A stretch of 37,264 nucleotides of DNA from Octopus bimaculoides (GCF_001194135.2 NC_068985.1:44770121-44807384), one strand, 5' to 3'; counted from the stretch's first letter, positions 23,389 through 35,689 are shown. The notes: generated by a model not told the origin, from the letters alone. Program-made: numbers and translations.

Positions 23389-23882
23389 NNNNNNNNNNNN
23401 NNNNNNNNNNNNNNNNNNNNNNNNNNNNNNNNNNNNNNNNNNNNNNNNNNNNNNNNNNNNNNNNNNNNNNNNNNNNNNNNNNNNNNNNNNNNNNNNNNNN
23501 NNNNNNNNNNNNNNNNNNNNNNNNNNNNNNNNNNNNNNNNNNNNNNNNNNNNNNNNNNNNNNNNNNNNNNNNNNNNNNNNNNNNNNNNNNNNNNNNNNNN
23601 NNNNNNNNNNNNNNNNNNNNNNNNNNNNNNNNNNNNNNNNNNNNNNNNNNNNNNNNNNNNNNNNNNNNNNNNNNNNNNNNNNNNNNNNNNNNNNNNNNNN
23701 NNNNNNNNNNNNNNNNNNNNNNNNNNNNNNNNNNNNNNNNNNNNNNNNNNNNNNNNNNNNNNNNNNNNNNNNNNNNNNNNNNNNNNNNNNNNNNNNNNNN
23801 NNNNNNNNNNNNNNNNNNNNNNNNNNNNNNNNNNNNNNNNNNNNNNNNNNNNNNNNNNNNNNNNNNNNNNNNNNNNNNNNNN

Positions 23883-23958
<76 letters not shown>

Positions 23959-24049
23959 AGAGTGAGAGAGAGAGAGAAAGAGAGAGAGATAGAGGTAGAA
24001 GGAGAGAGAGAAAGAGAGAGACGTACATAAGCTGAAAGAATCCATCCTC

Positions 24050-24600
24050 ATAGATATAGTTACATTTACTTTTGGTCTGTGTACGAGAACTGCTGCATTT
24101 GTTCCCGAACTTTCGTGCTTTCATTCCGATTTGACTGTCAGTGTCCATGACCCCTCTTGCACCCGCACGAAACAAAATTTTCGTGGGTTCAGCTTCGTGG
24201 ATGACTTCATGAAACTACGCTTCCAAAATTATATATTTAGTATCATGATGGATGTTAGGTTATACCGAAAGTGATTACAGAGTGTATCAGACTGCCGGCT
24301 TTGCTCGATGTTGTAGCCACTTCTTCAAAATGTTGTGTGTTCAACATTTTACCAGTTGATATGTTCTAGTTGTATCTCTGGATCAGGTTCGGCTCTTTTC
24401 CTACGTGATCTTCATATCATATACCCTTTATGAATTTTCCAGTCTAATACTAAGTTTCAAGAGTGCTGCTTCATTGGTAACTCTTAGGCTGTGGGTAACT
24501 TTTAGGCCATCAGTGAAATCAGAATTAGAAATGAGCCTTTCTTTGGGATGGAATTCACAAAAAGTCTACTCCAGGACATTTTACTCCAAGACAGTGTTGG
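24050..24600 (-). mobile_element. Possible Academ-like transposase C-terminal relic (Cys-rich finger)
   Basis: Mosaic minus-strand frames give NEAALLKL, ATTSSKA..HS (LPPTS..HS-like), FWK, EAEPTKIL, VSCGCKRG and RKFGNKCSS; heavily frameshifted. Confidence 0.4.
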
Positions 24601-24638
24601 CAACCTCCAACAATTGTCCCGATGCTGCTGTTCAGCGG

Positions 24639-24639
<1 letters not shown>

Positions 24640-24709
<70 letters not shown>

Positions 24710-24736
24710 GTCTGTCTGTCTGATGTGTCTGTGTGT
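24640..24736. repeat. (TATC)n-(TGTC)n microsatellite
   Basis: Read directly. Confidence 0.95.
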
Positions 24737-25716
24737 NNNNNNNNNNNNNNNNNNNNNNNNNNNNNNNNNNNNNNNNNNNNNNNNNNNNNNNNNNNNNNNN
24801 NNNNNNNNNNNNNNNNNNNNNNNNNNNNNNNNNNNNNNNNNNNNNNNNNNNNNNNNNNNNNNNNNNNNNNNNNNNNNNNNNNNNNNNNNNNNNNNNNNNN
24901 NNNNNNNNNNNNNNNNNNNNNNNNNNNNNNNNNNNNNNNNNNNNNNNNNNNNNNNNNNNNNNNNNNNNNNNNNNNNNNNNNNNNNNNNNNNNNNNNNNNN
25001 NNNNNNNNNNNNNNNNNNNNNNNNNNNNNNNNNNNNNNNNNNNNNNNNNNNNNNNNNNNNNNNNNNNNNNNNNNNNNNNNNNNNNNNNNNNNNNNNNNNN
25101 NNNNNNNNNNNNNNNNNNNNNNNNNNNNNNNNNNNNNNNNNNNNNNNNNNNNNNNNNNNNNNNNNNNNNNNNNNNNNNNNNNNNNNNNNNNNNNNNNNNN
25201 NNNNNNNNNNNNNNNNNNNNNNNNNNNNNNNNNNNNNNNNNNNNNNNNNNNNNNNNNNNNNNNNNNNNNNNNNNNNNNNNNNNNNNNNNNNNNNNNNNNN
25301 NNNNNNNNNNNNNNNNNNNNNNNNNNNNNNNNNNNNNNNNNNNNNNNNNNNNNNNNNNNNNNNNNNNNNNNNNNNNNNNNNNNNNNNNNNNNNNNNNNNN
25401 NNNNNNNNNNNNNNNNNNNNNNNNNNNNNNNNNNNNNNNNNNNNNNNNNNNNNNNNNNNNNNNNNNNNNNNNNNNNNNNNNNNNNNNNNNNNNNNNNNNN
25501 NNNNNNNNNNNNNNNNNNNNNNNNNNNNNNNNNNNNNNNNNNNNNNNNNNNNNNNNNNNNNNNNNNNNNNNNNNNNNNNNNNNNNNNNNNNNNNNNNNNN
25601 NNNNNNNNNNNNNNNNNNNNNNNNNNNNNNNNNNNNNNNNNNNNNNNNNNNNNNNNNNNNNNNNNNNNNNNNNNNNNNNNNNNNNNNNNNNNNNNNNNNN
25701 NNNNNNNNNNNNNNNN

Positions 25717-25760
<44 letters not shown>

Positions 25761-26154
25761 AAGCATTTTGATAAAGTCAGAATTATACATGCATGCAGAG
25801 ACACAGGCACAACGCTATATGTATAGAATTAACTACACCACATACTCACTGTTTGTGCATGTTTAGAGCTTCGCTGAACTTTAGAGGTGAGTTGAACCCC
25901 AATCTTGACCTGCCTCTACATCAAAGAACGTCTACCATAATAAGTGCTGAACAAGACAACTTGTAATTTAGTGAAGGCCAACTTCAAAGGAACATCGTTT
26001 GGTCGTAAATTAAATACGTAAATTGCTTTGGAATCTACACAGAATATATGCATGCTTATACATTATGTGTAGATATATGTGTGCATGAATGCGTATATAT
26101 GTATGTGTGTATGAACGTATGTATATCTATATGTATGTTAATATGTATGTACGC

Positions 26155-26232
<78 letters not shown>

Positions 26233-26612
26233 CTTACTCACATACACGTATAGAAGCTGCTACATTTATATGTACACTTATCCTCGGTTGCTTGCTTGTA
26301 TTAAAACTTGTAAACACAGTTTATTGAATGCAGCCAACTTCTATTCTTGGGCTACATATAAATGACCAAAACAATAAACAGCCAGAGGTCATTTGAAAAT
26401 AGTTGGCATTAAAGGGTCCAAAACCTTACGTCTTTCATGGTGCCACAGGTAATTTTAAGGCCGATTGCAAATGGTAATTTCGGTTCGAACTATGGATACT
26501 TGTGTTAGAAGTTTGTTATTTACAAGATCATTGTTTTTCAACACAGACCCTTTTTACTGCTAATTCTAATGTATTGATATCCGCTTCAAACTGTATAACT
26601 TAATCTGAGGAA

Positions 26613-26613
<1 letters not shown>

Positions 26614-26689
<76 letters not shown>

Positions 26690-26750
26690 ATCTATTTATA
26701 TATATATATATATATAAATATATATCTGTCTGTCTGTCTGACTGCCTGCC

Positions 26751-26782
<32 letters not shown>

Positions 26783-26790
26783 CGCCTGCC
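26614..26790. repeat. (TATC)n/(TA)n/(TGTC)n microsatellite
   Basis: Read directly. Confidence 0.95.
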
Positions 26791-26909
26791 AGCCTGTCTG
26801 TCCACCCATTTCTCTATCTATTTGTCTATCTCCTCTGTATATGTATGTATGCATGCATGCATCTATGTATGTGTGTATGTATGTATGTATGTATGTATAT
26901 GTGTGTGTA

Positions 26910-27790
26910 TGCATAGCCAGGATTCAAGAATAGCGGTTTCAACCCTTGTATGTTCGCTGGTTATTGAAGAGGTCATTACGGCCCATGCTATCCTGTTTGT
27001 AGCGGATGAAAGGTAACTTCGTTTCAGGGACCGGTGCATCCGTGTAACACTATTCCCTTCTCTTTCTGCACTTAAAGCCATCTCTGCATTGGGAGATGGA
27101 TTAGAATCAATGACGATTGTTAATGACATAGGTATCACAGTACTTAATTCAAGTGGAGAGATAACGTGTTTGTTACCTGTCGAGAGCTCGCTATGCTGTA
27201 CTATTTTCAACAGGAGACAATTGCTTATCCAGAATCCCTGCTTTGCCCATCATATCAGCATCTTGTACAACATGACCTAGATGTTGATGTGGTCTGCTTG
27301 TTCGAGGACTTTAATGCTGGTAATAAAGTGGATGTGGAGGATGGAGTGGAGCCAGCGATTAGGGTGTTAGTCATAGGATGCGAAGGTCGGTAAACCACAA
27401 CTCGGGGCCGTGTTGTAAGGTATTCAATGCAATTTAATGATTGCTTTTGCCAGTTTGTTGTTAAAATCTTTGTCGATTCATATAACAAGACGGTGAAGCC
27501 CAGGTGGCTGAACTCGTAAACTGTTTTTTGTGTCACTGATATTGAAGAAAGAAATGTGTCAATCTTCCTGAAGTGTGGGCTGGGAAGAACCTTCTTTAAT
27601 CTGCCTTCCAGTCTAAGGAATTTGGCAGACTCGTCTGAGAAGAGATCCCGTTTACACTGAGTAATAGTCTTTTGATACGAGGCGAAAGGTCTTACCCTGG
27701 GTTCAGAGTCTAATAAAACCTATGTAGCCACCAGTGTTTGTGCAAATTCAGTTCTCCTTTCGAGTGCAAGGTAAGGTCTGATCCTAACCT
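26910..27790 (-). mobile_element. Possible decayed retroelement ORF (ORF1-like)
   Basis: Non-simple, coding-like composition; a 154-codon stop-free minus frame (27719-27255); degenerate knuckle-like FKCRKR near 27070. The family is not recognised with certainty. Confidence 0.3.
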
Positions 27791-27929
27791 AACGTCTAGA
27801 TAATCTAGAGGAAGTGTACACACAATACATAGCCTCTCCAGTTTCGAAATGAACGCCGTATGGCTATTTTCCCGCTTTCAAGATAAGAGGCCCCTGCAAA
27901 TGACCTTGTCAACATTATTTCTTTAGCTG

Positions 27930-28390
27930 AAAAATCATTTCTTCTGTTCCTTCCGTTTCCACAGAGGGTGCTATATCATGGTGTAAGCGGTTCTTCATTA
28001 TTTTTCTTCATTGGTATTCTATAAATTTTCTAACTATAGCACTGTACGTTAGCGATAAACCATTAACTGTATATACACACGTTTACAGGATTTATTCTCC
28101 GTTGAAGAATTTTTCTTTCTGTTGCAACAATGATCCAGAGTGTGTATATCTATTTAGGCGAGCGAGGTATATATTCATCTCCTCATATTCGTCTGGCCAC
28201 CGTTTTCACTGTGTCAATCATGGTTAATTGCCATGAATCTGCTGAAAAGTACCTTGGATGGTGGATGCGCAAAATATTTGAAATGTGTGGTGGCATTACT
28301 TGTCTGATGGGATTTCATTTCACACTGTACATTCTTGGCTTAAATCTTGCTCAGACTGACTTTAATGTTCCTGAAGTATTACCTGTTGTT
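27930..28390 (-). mobile_element. Possible RTE-clade LINE ORF2 C-terminal relic
   Basis: NILRIHHPRYFSADSWQLTMIDTV resembles the RTE motif RILRIxWPxxISNxxLWxxT, and TLCGNGRNRRN about 98 codons later resembles RTE C-termini; the middle part is poorly conserved. Confidence 0.35.
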
Positions 28391-28394
28391 TTAT

Positions 28395-28520
28395 AGCATT
28401 TGGTCAGACGTAGCGTGACAAATAGACATATCATCGAAGACATTCCAGCTGTGACCATCCCGTATATTGGTTCGTGATGACTGCATCTAAGACTCTATTA
28501 TACGATATGTCTTTCATAAA
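28395..28520 (-). mobile_element. Unclassified interspersed repeat (family E)
   Basis: ACATTCCAGCTGTGACCATCC..ATCTAAGACT; partial match to 11900-12075. Confidence 0.4.
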
Positions 28521-29603
28521 ATAGGGCTTGAACTGGTTATACAACAGTAACTTCTAGCGGGTCGAGAGATCATGTTGGGGGTTGACTCTCTTTATTGAAA
28601 CAAACTTGTAGTTATGTCTTATCCTCACTCACCGACCATATTCAATCTCATTCGGAAGTGGAAAAGAAAATATGTAAAAAAAAGTGAAATAAACAGACTT
28701 CTTGATATATTTACTTCTCAAGATGGACTAAAGCAGCAAAAATTAAATATCTAGATCATGGTCCTGAGTAACTACAATATCTGGATAGTGAAAGCTACAG
28801 TATACAGCGACTCCGACGTCGCTTATCCACGAAGTCGTTCCTTCATATAATATCCATAGAGATTTAGCAGCATAAAATAAATTGTCTGGTGAAGGGCTTA
28901 TTTCAGTAGTAAGGCTATGGACAGGCTGATTATTTCGGTGGTGTCTGAATGGGGCGGAGGTGAAATCTAATATGAAGCTTTTCCTTTAGGGATTCAGAAT
29001 GAAATTATAGACTTCTGCGCAGGAGGTTAAGGGTCTGAAAATTGCGTATGTAGATAGAAAATCACTGGAAATTGTACAAAATGGAATTTAGAACCAGAAA
29101 CTTCAATTTAATGACAGGAAATATTCCACCTCTTTTCTTTTTGCTTCTTTCTGTTTTTCTTTCGTTCCTATTGTTTTAGTTATTTCCCAGGGAAACTTCG
29201 AGCAGAAAAAAAACCGGTATATACATACAGACATGCATATATACATATGTACACACACACACACACATATATAGACATATACTATATGTATATACATATA
29301 TATATGAATAAACATATATATGTAGAAATAGAGAGGGAGAAAAAGAGAGAGAGCGGGAGAAAAAGAGAGAGTGGGAGAATAAGACTGATCGAGTAATTAC
29401 CAAAACTGGGAGAATGATACGCACGATCCATCCATCCATCCATCCATCCATCCATCCATAATACATACATACATACATACACACATACATGCGTACATAC
29501 ACACATGCATATAGATGCAAATATGTATGCGTGCTTTTGCATGTATGCACATCTGTATGCATGCTTGTATGTATGCAGGTGTGTATATATGTTTATATAT
29601 ATG

Positions 29604-29635
<32 letters not shown>

Positions 29636-31334
29636 TATATANNNNNNNNNNNNNNNNNNNNNNNNNNNNNNNNNNNNNNNNNNNNNNNNNNNNNNNNNNN
29701 NNNNNNNNNNNNNNNNNNNNNNNNNNNNNNNNNNNNNNNNNNNNNNNNNNNNNNNNNNNNNNNNNNNNNNNNNNNNNNNNNNNNNNNNNNNNNNNNNNNN
29801 NNNNNNNNNNNNNNNNNNNNNNNNNNNNNNNNNNNNNNNNNNNNNNNNNNNNNNNNNNNNNNNNNNNNNNNNNNNNNNTGGTGAAAGTGATAATAGAAAA
29901 GAAAGAGCATCACTAATTATTGAATGTAAACATTTTGGCGGGGTGTCTCCCAGAAAGGTGACAAAACAGCATCATAGATGAACAATTACAGGAATGAAAA
30001 TCAATAATAACCAAGTAGCAACCTCTCTAACAACACCACCATCAACAATAATGGCAGGAACAAACCAGAGCATAGGCGATCGTTATGCTAGACATAGCAG
30101 CGAAATCTTCCTTAAATTAGCTATACTGTCTTTAAAATGGTCAGAATTGATAACATTGTCAAAGTACATTTATGCTGTAAATAATATTGGAACGACTATG
30201 TTTGGCATAATTTCGATCCTGGGTTAAGCGATTACAGTTGTCTTGAAGTTAAACAACATCAAGAAGTGTTGCATAAAACATTGTCACTTTGGTTAATGAA
30301 GGCCTGACTATATTTGGTATGCAAAAAAAAAAATAGGCTGATCACACCAGAATGTATTTGTTCATAGTTATGCGCCAACAGAGCTGAAACCAATAGTAAC
30401 TACCACCACAACAGCAATAGCAATACTTAGTACAAATAACTACAGCAACTTAATACGTTACCTCAACAACCACTACGACCTCAAGAAAAAAATACAAAAA
30501 ACTATGCAATAATACCGACAATCCTCAATTACAATGTCACACTCACAAGTTTTAAGAAGAGCACCAGAATTTTCAATGTTCCTACCACAAGAAAATTAAT
30601 TTCGAAGGAAGTGCAGGAAAATTCGTTTGGAAAGAAGCGCTAAAATCTATCTAAAGAAAGAAAAAGTACCTTTTTTTCACAAAGGAAGCCTTTCAGTTTT
30701 TTTTGTCTCCAAACATTTGTAAATAATATAATTTCTTCGTCAAAGTAAACAGTTACGAGATGTAACAAAGAACTCTTTTGTGATGCATCTGAGCGAATGC
30801 AAAGCCATCTACATGCCTGTAGCTTATTATTATTTTTTTGCCATGGATGAAATCTACCGACATATGACGAGATTCGTTTAATTTCAAATGCTTCAGAACT
30901 AAAAAGGAATTGCAGAATTGCATCTGTCATTTTGAAATGGTGAACAGAATGTGCGAAAATAGGTGAAACGAAAACAAAAGAATACCTTCACTCATAAAAC
31001 TGATACGAAACAAAACGATGCTACTGTGAGTGGGTAATTTAACTTAGAACCTTAAAAGCTTAGCGAAATCACAACAAATTCAAAATTCTCAGTATAGTAA
31101 ATAATAATGATATTGTATTTGTGGTACACCGTTATACCGTGTAAAATGCGAAGTATATCTATATAACATTTTATCCAAGAATGGAATAAAAATAATATTT
31201 GTATGGTGCATTTAAATATTGGTTTAAAATTATAATCATAGAAGGAAAAGATAATGTCACCTCTGCTCCATAGTGTACGTCACTACACTTAATTACATTA
31301 ACAACTAATTAAGTCGGAAGAATATATTGTTAAG

Positions 31335-32010
31335 TTTGAGGACACCGCGGAAGTTCAGGTTGTGGATTTCATTTTAAAGGAATACGAGGCGATAGCAGAA
31401 GCTAATTCTGAACAAGTCGGTAGGTCTGTGGCTCGGCAACTGGAGAGGCAAAACCATGCCAACGTACGGCACAGTAGGTCGAAGGACAGATGGACCAGAG
31501 AAACTGCACGGTATCTGGTTTCACCCGGACATCAAACTAAATAATAACCGAGACGAGGTTACAAGCAGGGAGGCCTGACCCACTCAGAACTAAGTCGAGA
31601 GAAAATTACCCCTGAAAAGTCGAGCAGAAGTGGCGAATGCTCACATCACCGCTTTAATTACTTACCGCCTGGCCGTTGCACCTTGGCCGGACTAGAGCGT
31701 TTACCTTCCGAATTCCTGTGGAAAGGACGTGTTCCACTGGTCAGGTGGTCCATCTGTTGTCAGTGCCCTCTGGATGGCGAGGTTGGTATGTCATGGCTGT
31801 TTATGCACAAATATGCGCGTGTCTACGCTACATAGATTTTCCTGGATTGTGAGCCGGTGTGGTCTCCCTTTGTAAGAGACACTTCTTCGCAGCTCTTTGA
31901 TGGAATTGCAATCCTGGGTCGAGAAAAGATCAAAATTAGGCCTCTGGCATCTGGAATCTCGTCAGGCGCCCACTGATTTCTACCAATCGGGCCTTACAGT
32001 CAGTGGAAGT
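31335..32010 (+). mobile_element. L1/Tx1-clade LINE ORF2 fragment (end of RT and post-RT region)
   Basis: ILKEYEAIAEAN, GIWFHPDIKLNNN, ERKLPLKSRAEVANAHITALITYRLAVAP and LERLPSEFLWKGRVPLVRWSICCQCPLDGEVGM, with stops and frameshifts. Confidence 0.85.
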
Positions 32011-32588
32011 TCTACGCTAGCAATATATATATATATATATAAGAATTTAAGGAATGGAGAAAACGCATGTTATAATTGCATACTTTATTCCTACATATGT
32101 TTCAAAGGATTACAACCTGTGTGATCCATAGGGATCTTTGATATTAACATTGTAACCTTCTCATCAGGGAAAGCATGGGAATCATCTTAAACGTAAGAGA
32201 TTATGACCGATTATGAAAACAATAGATGGATAAGGTTATGACTTGATTCATTTNNNNNNNNNNNNNNNNNNNNNNNNNNNNNNNNNNNNNNNNNNNNNNN
32301 NNNNNNNNNNNNNNNNNNNNNNNNNNNNNNNNNNNNNNNNNNNNNNNNNNNNNNNNNNNNNNNNNNNNNNNNNNNNNNNNNNNNNNNNNNNNNNNNNNNN
32401 NNNNNNNNNNNNNNNNNNNNNNNNNNNNNNNNNNNNNNNNNNNNNNNNNNNNNNNNNNNNNNNNNNNNNNNNNNNNNNNNNNNNNNNNNNNNNNNNNNNN
32501 NNNNNNNNNNNNNNNNNNNNNNNNNNNNNNNNNNNNNNNNNNNNNNNNNNNNNNNNNNNNNNNNNNNNNNNNNNNNNNNNNNNNNNNN

Positions 32589-32658
32589 CTTCTTCTTCTT
32601 CTTCTTCTTCTTCTTCTTCTTCTTCTTCTTCTTCTTCTTCTTCTTCTTCTTCTTCTTC

Positions 32659-32698
<40 letters not shown>

Positions 32699-32716
32699 AA
32701 GTAGTAGTAGTAGTAG
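32589..32716. repeat. (TTC)n-(TAG)n microsatellite
   Basis: Read directly. Confidence 0.96.
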
Positions 32717-32719
32717 AAA

Positions 32720-32941
32720 GGCGGCGAATTGGCAGAATCGTTAGCACGCAGGGCAAAGGGCAAAATGCTTGGTAACATTTCGACTGCCGCTAAGTTCTGA
32801 GTTCAAATTCCGCCGAGGTCGACTTTGCCTTTCATCCCTTTCGAGAGACGATAAATTGAGTACAAATCAAGTACTGGGGTTGATGTGATCGACTTACCCC
32901 CTTCTCCCAAATTTCAAGCCTTTTGTCTACACGAGAAAGGA

Positions 32942-32974
<33 letters not shown>

Positions 32975-32985
32975 ATATTATTATT
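32720..32985 (+). mobile_element. SINE family A with (ATT)n tail
   Basis: GGCGGCGAATTGGCAGAATCGTTAGC head, GAGTTCAAATTCCGCCGAGGTCGAC, GAGAAAGGATTATT tail. Confidence 0.92.
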
Positions 32986-33014
32986 AGTAGGAGTAGTAGA
33001 AGAAGAAATGGTAA

Positions 33015-33123
33015 GGCAGCCAGCTGGCAGAATCGTTAGCACGCCGGTCACAATGATTAGCAGCATTTCGTCCGTCGCTACGTTCTGAGTTCAAAATCCG
33101 CCGAGGTCGACTTTGTCTTTCAT

Positions 33124-33124
<1 letters not shown>
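33015..33124 (+). mobile_element. SINE family A, 3'-truncated
   Basis: Intact head and B-box; ends at CTTTCATC and runs into (TAC)n. Confidence 0.9.
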
Positions 33125-33157
<33 letters not shown>

Positions 33158-33480
33158 AACCGGTAGTAAGTAGTAGTAGTTGTAGTGGTATCCTCCTTCA
33201 CATCATCATTATCAACACCACTACCATCATGATCTTCATAATCATCAACATCATCATCATCATCATTATTATTATTATAATGATGAGGATGATGATGATG
33301 ATGGTGATGATGATGATAAAGGTAATGATGATGATGGCAAAGGTAATGATGATGACGACGATGATGATGAAGATGATGACGATGATGATGAATATGATGA
33401 CGACGATGATGACGAATATGATTGATGACGATGGTGATGATGATAATGATTATGTTGATGATGATGCTTATGATGAAGAA
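33124..33480. repeat. Compound (TAC)n/(TAG)n/(CAT)n/(GAT)n microsatellite with inverted halves
   Basis: Read directly. Confidence 0.93.
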
Positions 33481-34268
33481 TGTGCAGAAAAGGAAATAAG
33501 AAAAACAAAATGTAAAATAACAACAAAAAAAAAAGTTTAAAAAACCCACCTTAAATATATGTAACACTAAATCTTGCATCACAGTGTTAGGGAAAGAAAA
33601 AAATATTCATAATAATGGTGAGGCAGAAGTTTTCAACTTTACCGGGGGTTGTTCACATTTATTCACTCCAGTCTGTCCCTGAAATTATAGGGAGCGAATC
33701 ACTTTTTTTACGATTTTCCGGGATCCATTCCCTCTCACCAGTTTTGTTTCGCTACGTGCAAGGCAAATACAGTAATTAAGGATATACGCTCTGTATATGC
33801 ATTTATGAAGGTGTGTGTGTATTTATATATGNNNNNNNNNNNNNNNNNNNNNNNNNNNNNNNNNNNNNNNNNNNNNNNNNNNNNNNNNNNNNNNNNNNNN
33901 NNNNNNNNNNNNNNNNNNNNNNNNNNNNNNNNNNNNNNNNNNNNNNNNNNNNNNNNNNNNNNNNNNNNNNNNNNNNNNNNNNNNNNNNNNNNNNNNNNNN
34001 NNNNNNNNNNNNNNNNNNNNNNNNNNNNNNNNNNNNNNNNNNNNNNNNNNNNNNNNNNNNNNNNNNNNNNNNNNNNNNNNNNNNNNNNNNNNNNNNNNNN
34101 NNNNNNNNNNNNNNNNNNNNNNNNNNNNNNNNNNNNNNNNNNNNNNNNNNNNNNNNNNNNNNNNNNNNNNNNNNNNNNNNNNNNNNNNNNNNNNNNNNNN
34201 NNNNNNNNNNNNNNNNNNNNNNNNNNNNNNNNNNNNNNNNNNNNNNNNNNNNNNNNNNNNNNNNNNNN

Positions 34269-34322
<54 letters not shown>

Positions 34323-34441
34323 TATATGTATATTACATATATACACACATTTATATGCGTATGTATATATGCGTATATATATATATGTATATGTCTAAAT
34401 ATATTTATATCTATTTTATGTGTGTGTATATATATATATAT

Positions 34442-34483
<42 letters not shown>

Positions 34484-34771
34484 GTGTGTATGAATAGATG
34501 ATTGTGGTGGATGTATAGTTGATGCCAGTGCTGTTGGTGCTGGAGGTGTGTATGTGTATGTGTACAAGTGTGAGTGTGAGTGAGTGTAAGTGAGTGTGAG
34601 TGAGTGTGTGTTATGACTTTCTTTTGTAAAGTTTTATTCGAGCGTCCTTGTGTATCTTTATGTCTCTGTGATTCTTTCAATATATTATATGTGCGTGCAA
34701 GGCAAACACTGCAACTTGTGTTATGACATGTACACATATGTATACTATTGTAAGTGTGTGTGTACACACAG

Positions 34772-34819
<48 letters not shown>

Positions 34820-35587
34820 GGATATAGTTAGATATATAAATATATACTTACACATACGAATTCACACGTACGCATGCCCTCGCATGTACGCACTCTCGCG
34901 TACGCGCTCATACATATACCTCTTAGGCAATTATATACGTACGTGTATGCAAGCTATTTCACCGATGCGTATACTTAGAAATGTGCATATCTCTCTATCT
35001 ATCAATTCACACCACCTACATATACNNNNNNNNNNNNNNNNNNNNNNNNNNNNNNNNNNNNNNNNNNNNNNNNNNNNNNNNNNNNNNNNNNNNNNNNNNN
35101 NNNNNNNNNNNNNNNNNNNNNNNNNNNNNNNNNNNNNNNNNNNNNNNNNNNNNNNNNNNNNNNNNNNNNNNNNNNNNNNNNNNNNNNNNNNNNNNNNNNN
35201 NNNNNNNNNNNNNNNNNNNNNNNNNNNNNNNNNNNNNNNNNNNNNNNNNNNNNNNNNNNNNNNNNNNNNNNNNNNNNNNNNNNNNNNNNNNNNNNNNNNN
35301 NNNNNNNNNNNNNNNNNNNNNNNNNNNNNNNNNNNNNNNNNNNNNNNNNNNNNNNNNNNNNNNNNNNNNNNNNNNNNNNNNNNNNNNNNNNNNNNNNNNN
35401 NNNNNNNNNNNNNNNNNNNNNNNNNNNNNNNNNNNNNNNNNNNNNNNNNNNNNNNNNNNNNNNNNNNNNNNNNNNNNNNNNNNNNNNNNNNNNNNNNNNN
35501 NNNNNNNNNNNNNNNNNNNNNNNNNNNNNNNATATATATATATATATATATATACCAAATTAAGCACATCAATGTGAAACATGATGG

Positions 35588-35689
35588 GAAAATAGTACTC
35601 GAATCCTGGCAGTAGAATAATATGCTTTATTATAATTAAAGCTACAAATACATCACAAAAATATCACAATAAACTGCTACTCAGAGTTT
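35588..35689 (-). mobile_element. Penelope-like terminal repeat, copy 1 (truncated by SINE B)
   Basis: Homologous to 35914-36010; the minus strand has AAACTCTGAGTA (hammerhead stem III plus cleavage triplet) and AATAAA (35626-35631). Confidence 0.5.

Noticed and set aside
1072-35615. Long ORFs in the supplied track (poly-amino-acid, YI/HT/CV repeats, X-runs)
   Set aside because: They arise from microsatellites or from reading through N-gaps, and show no protein-like sequence.
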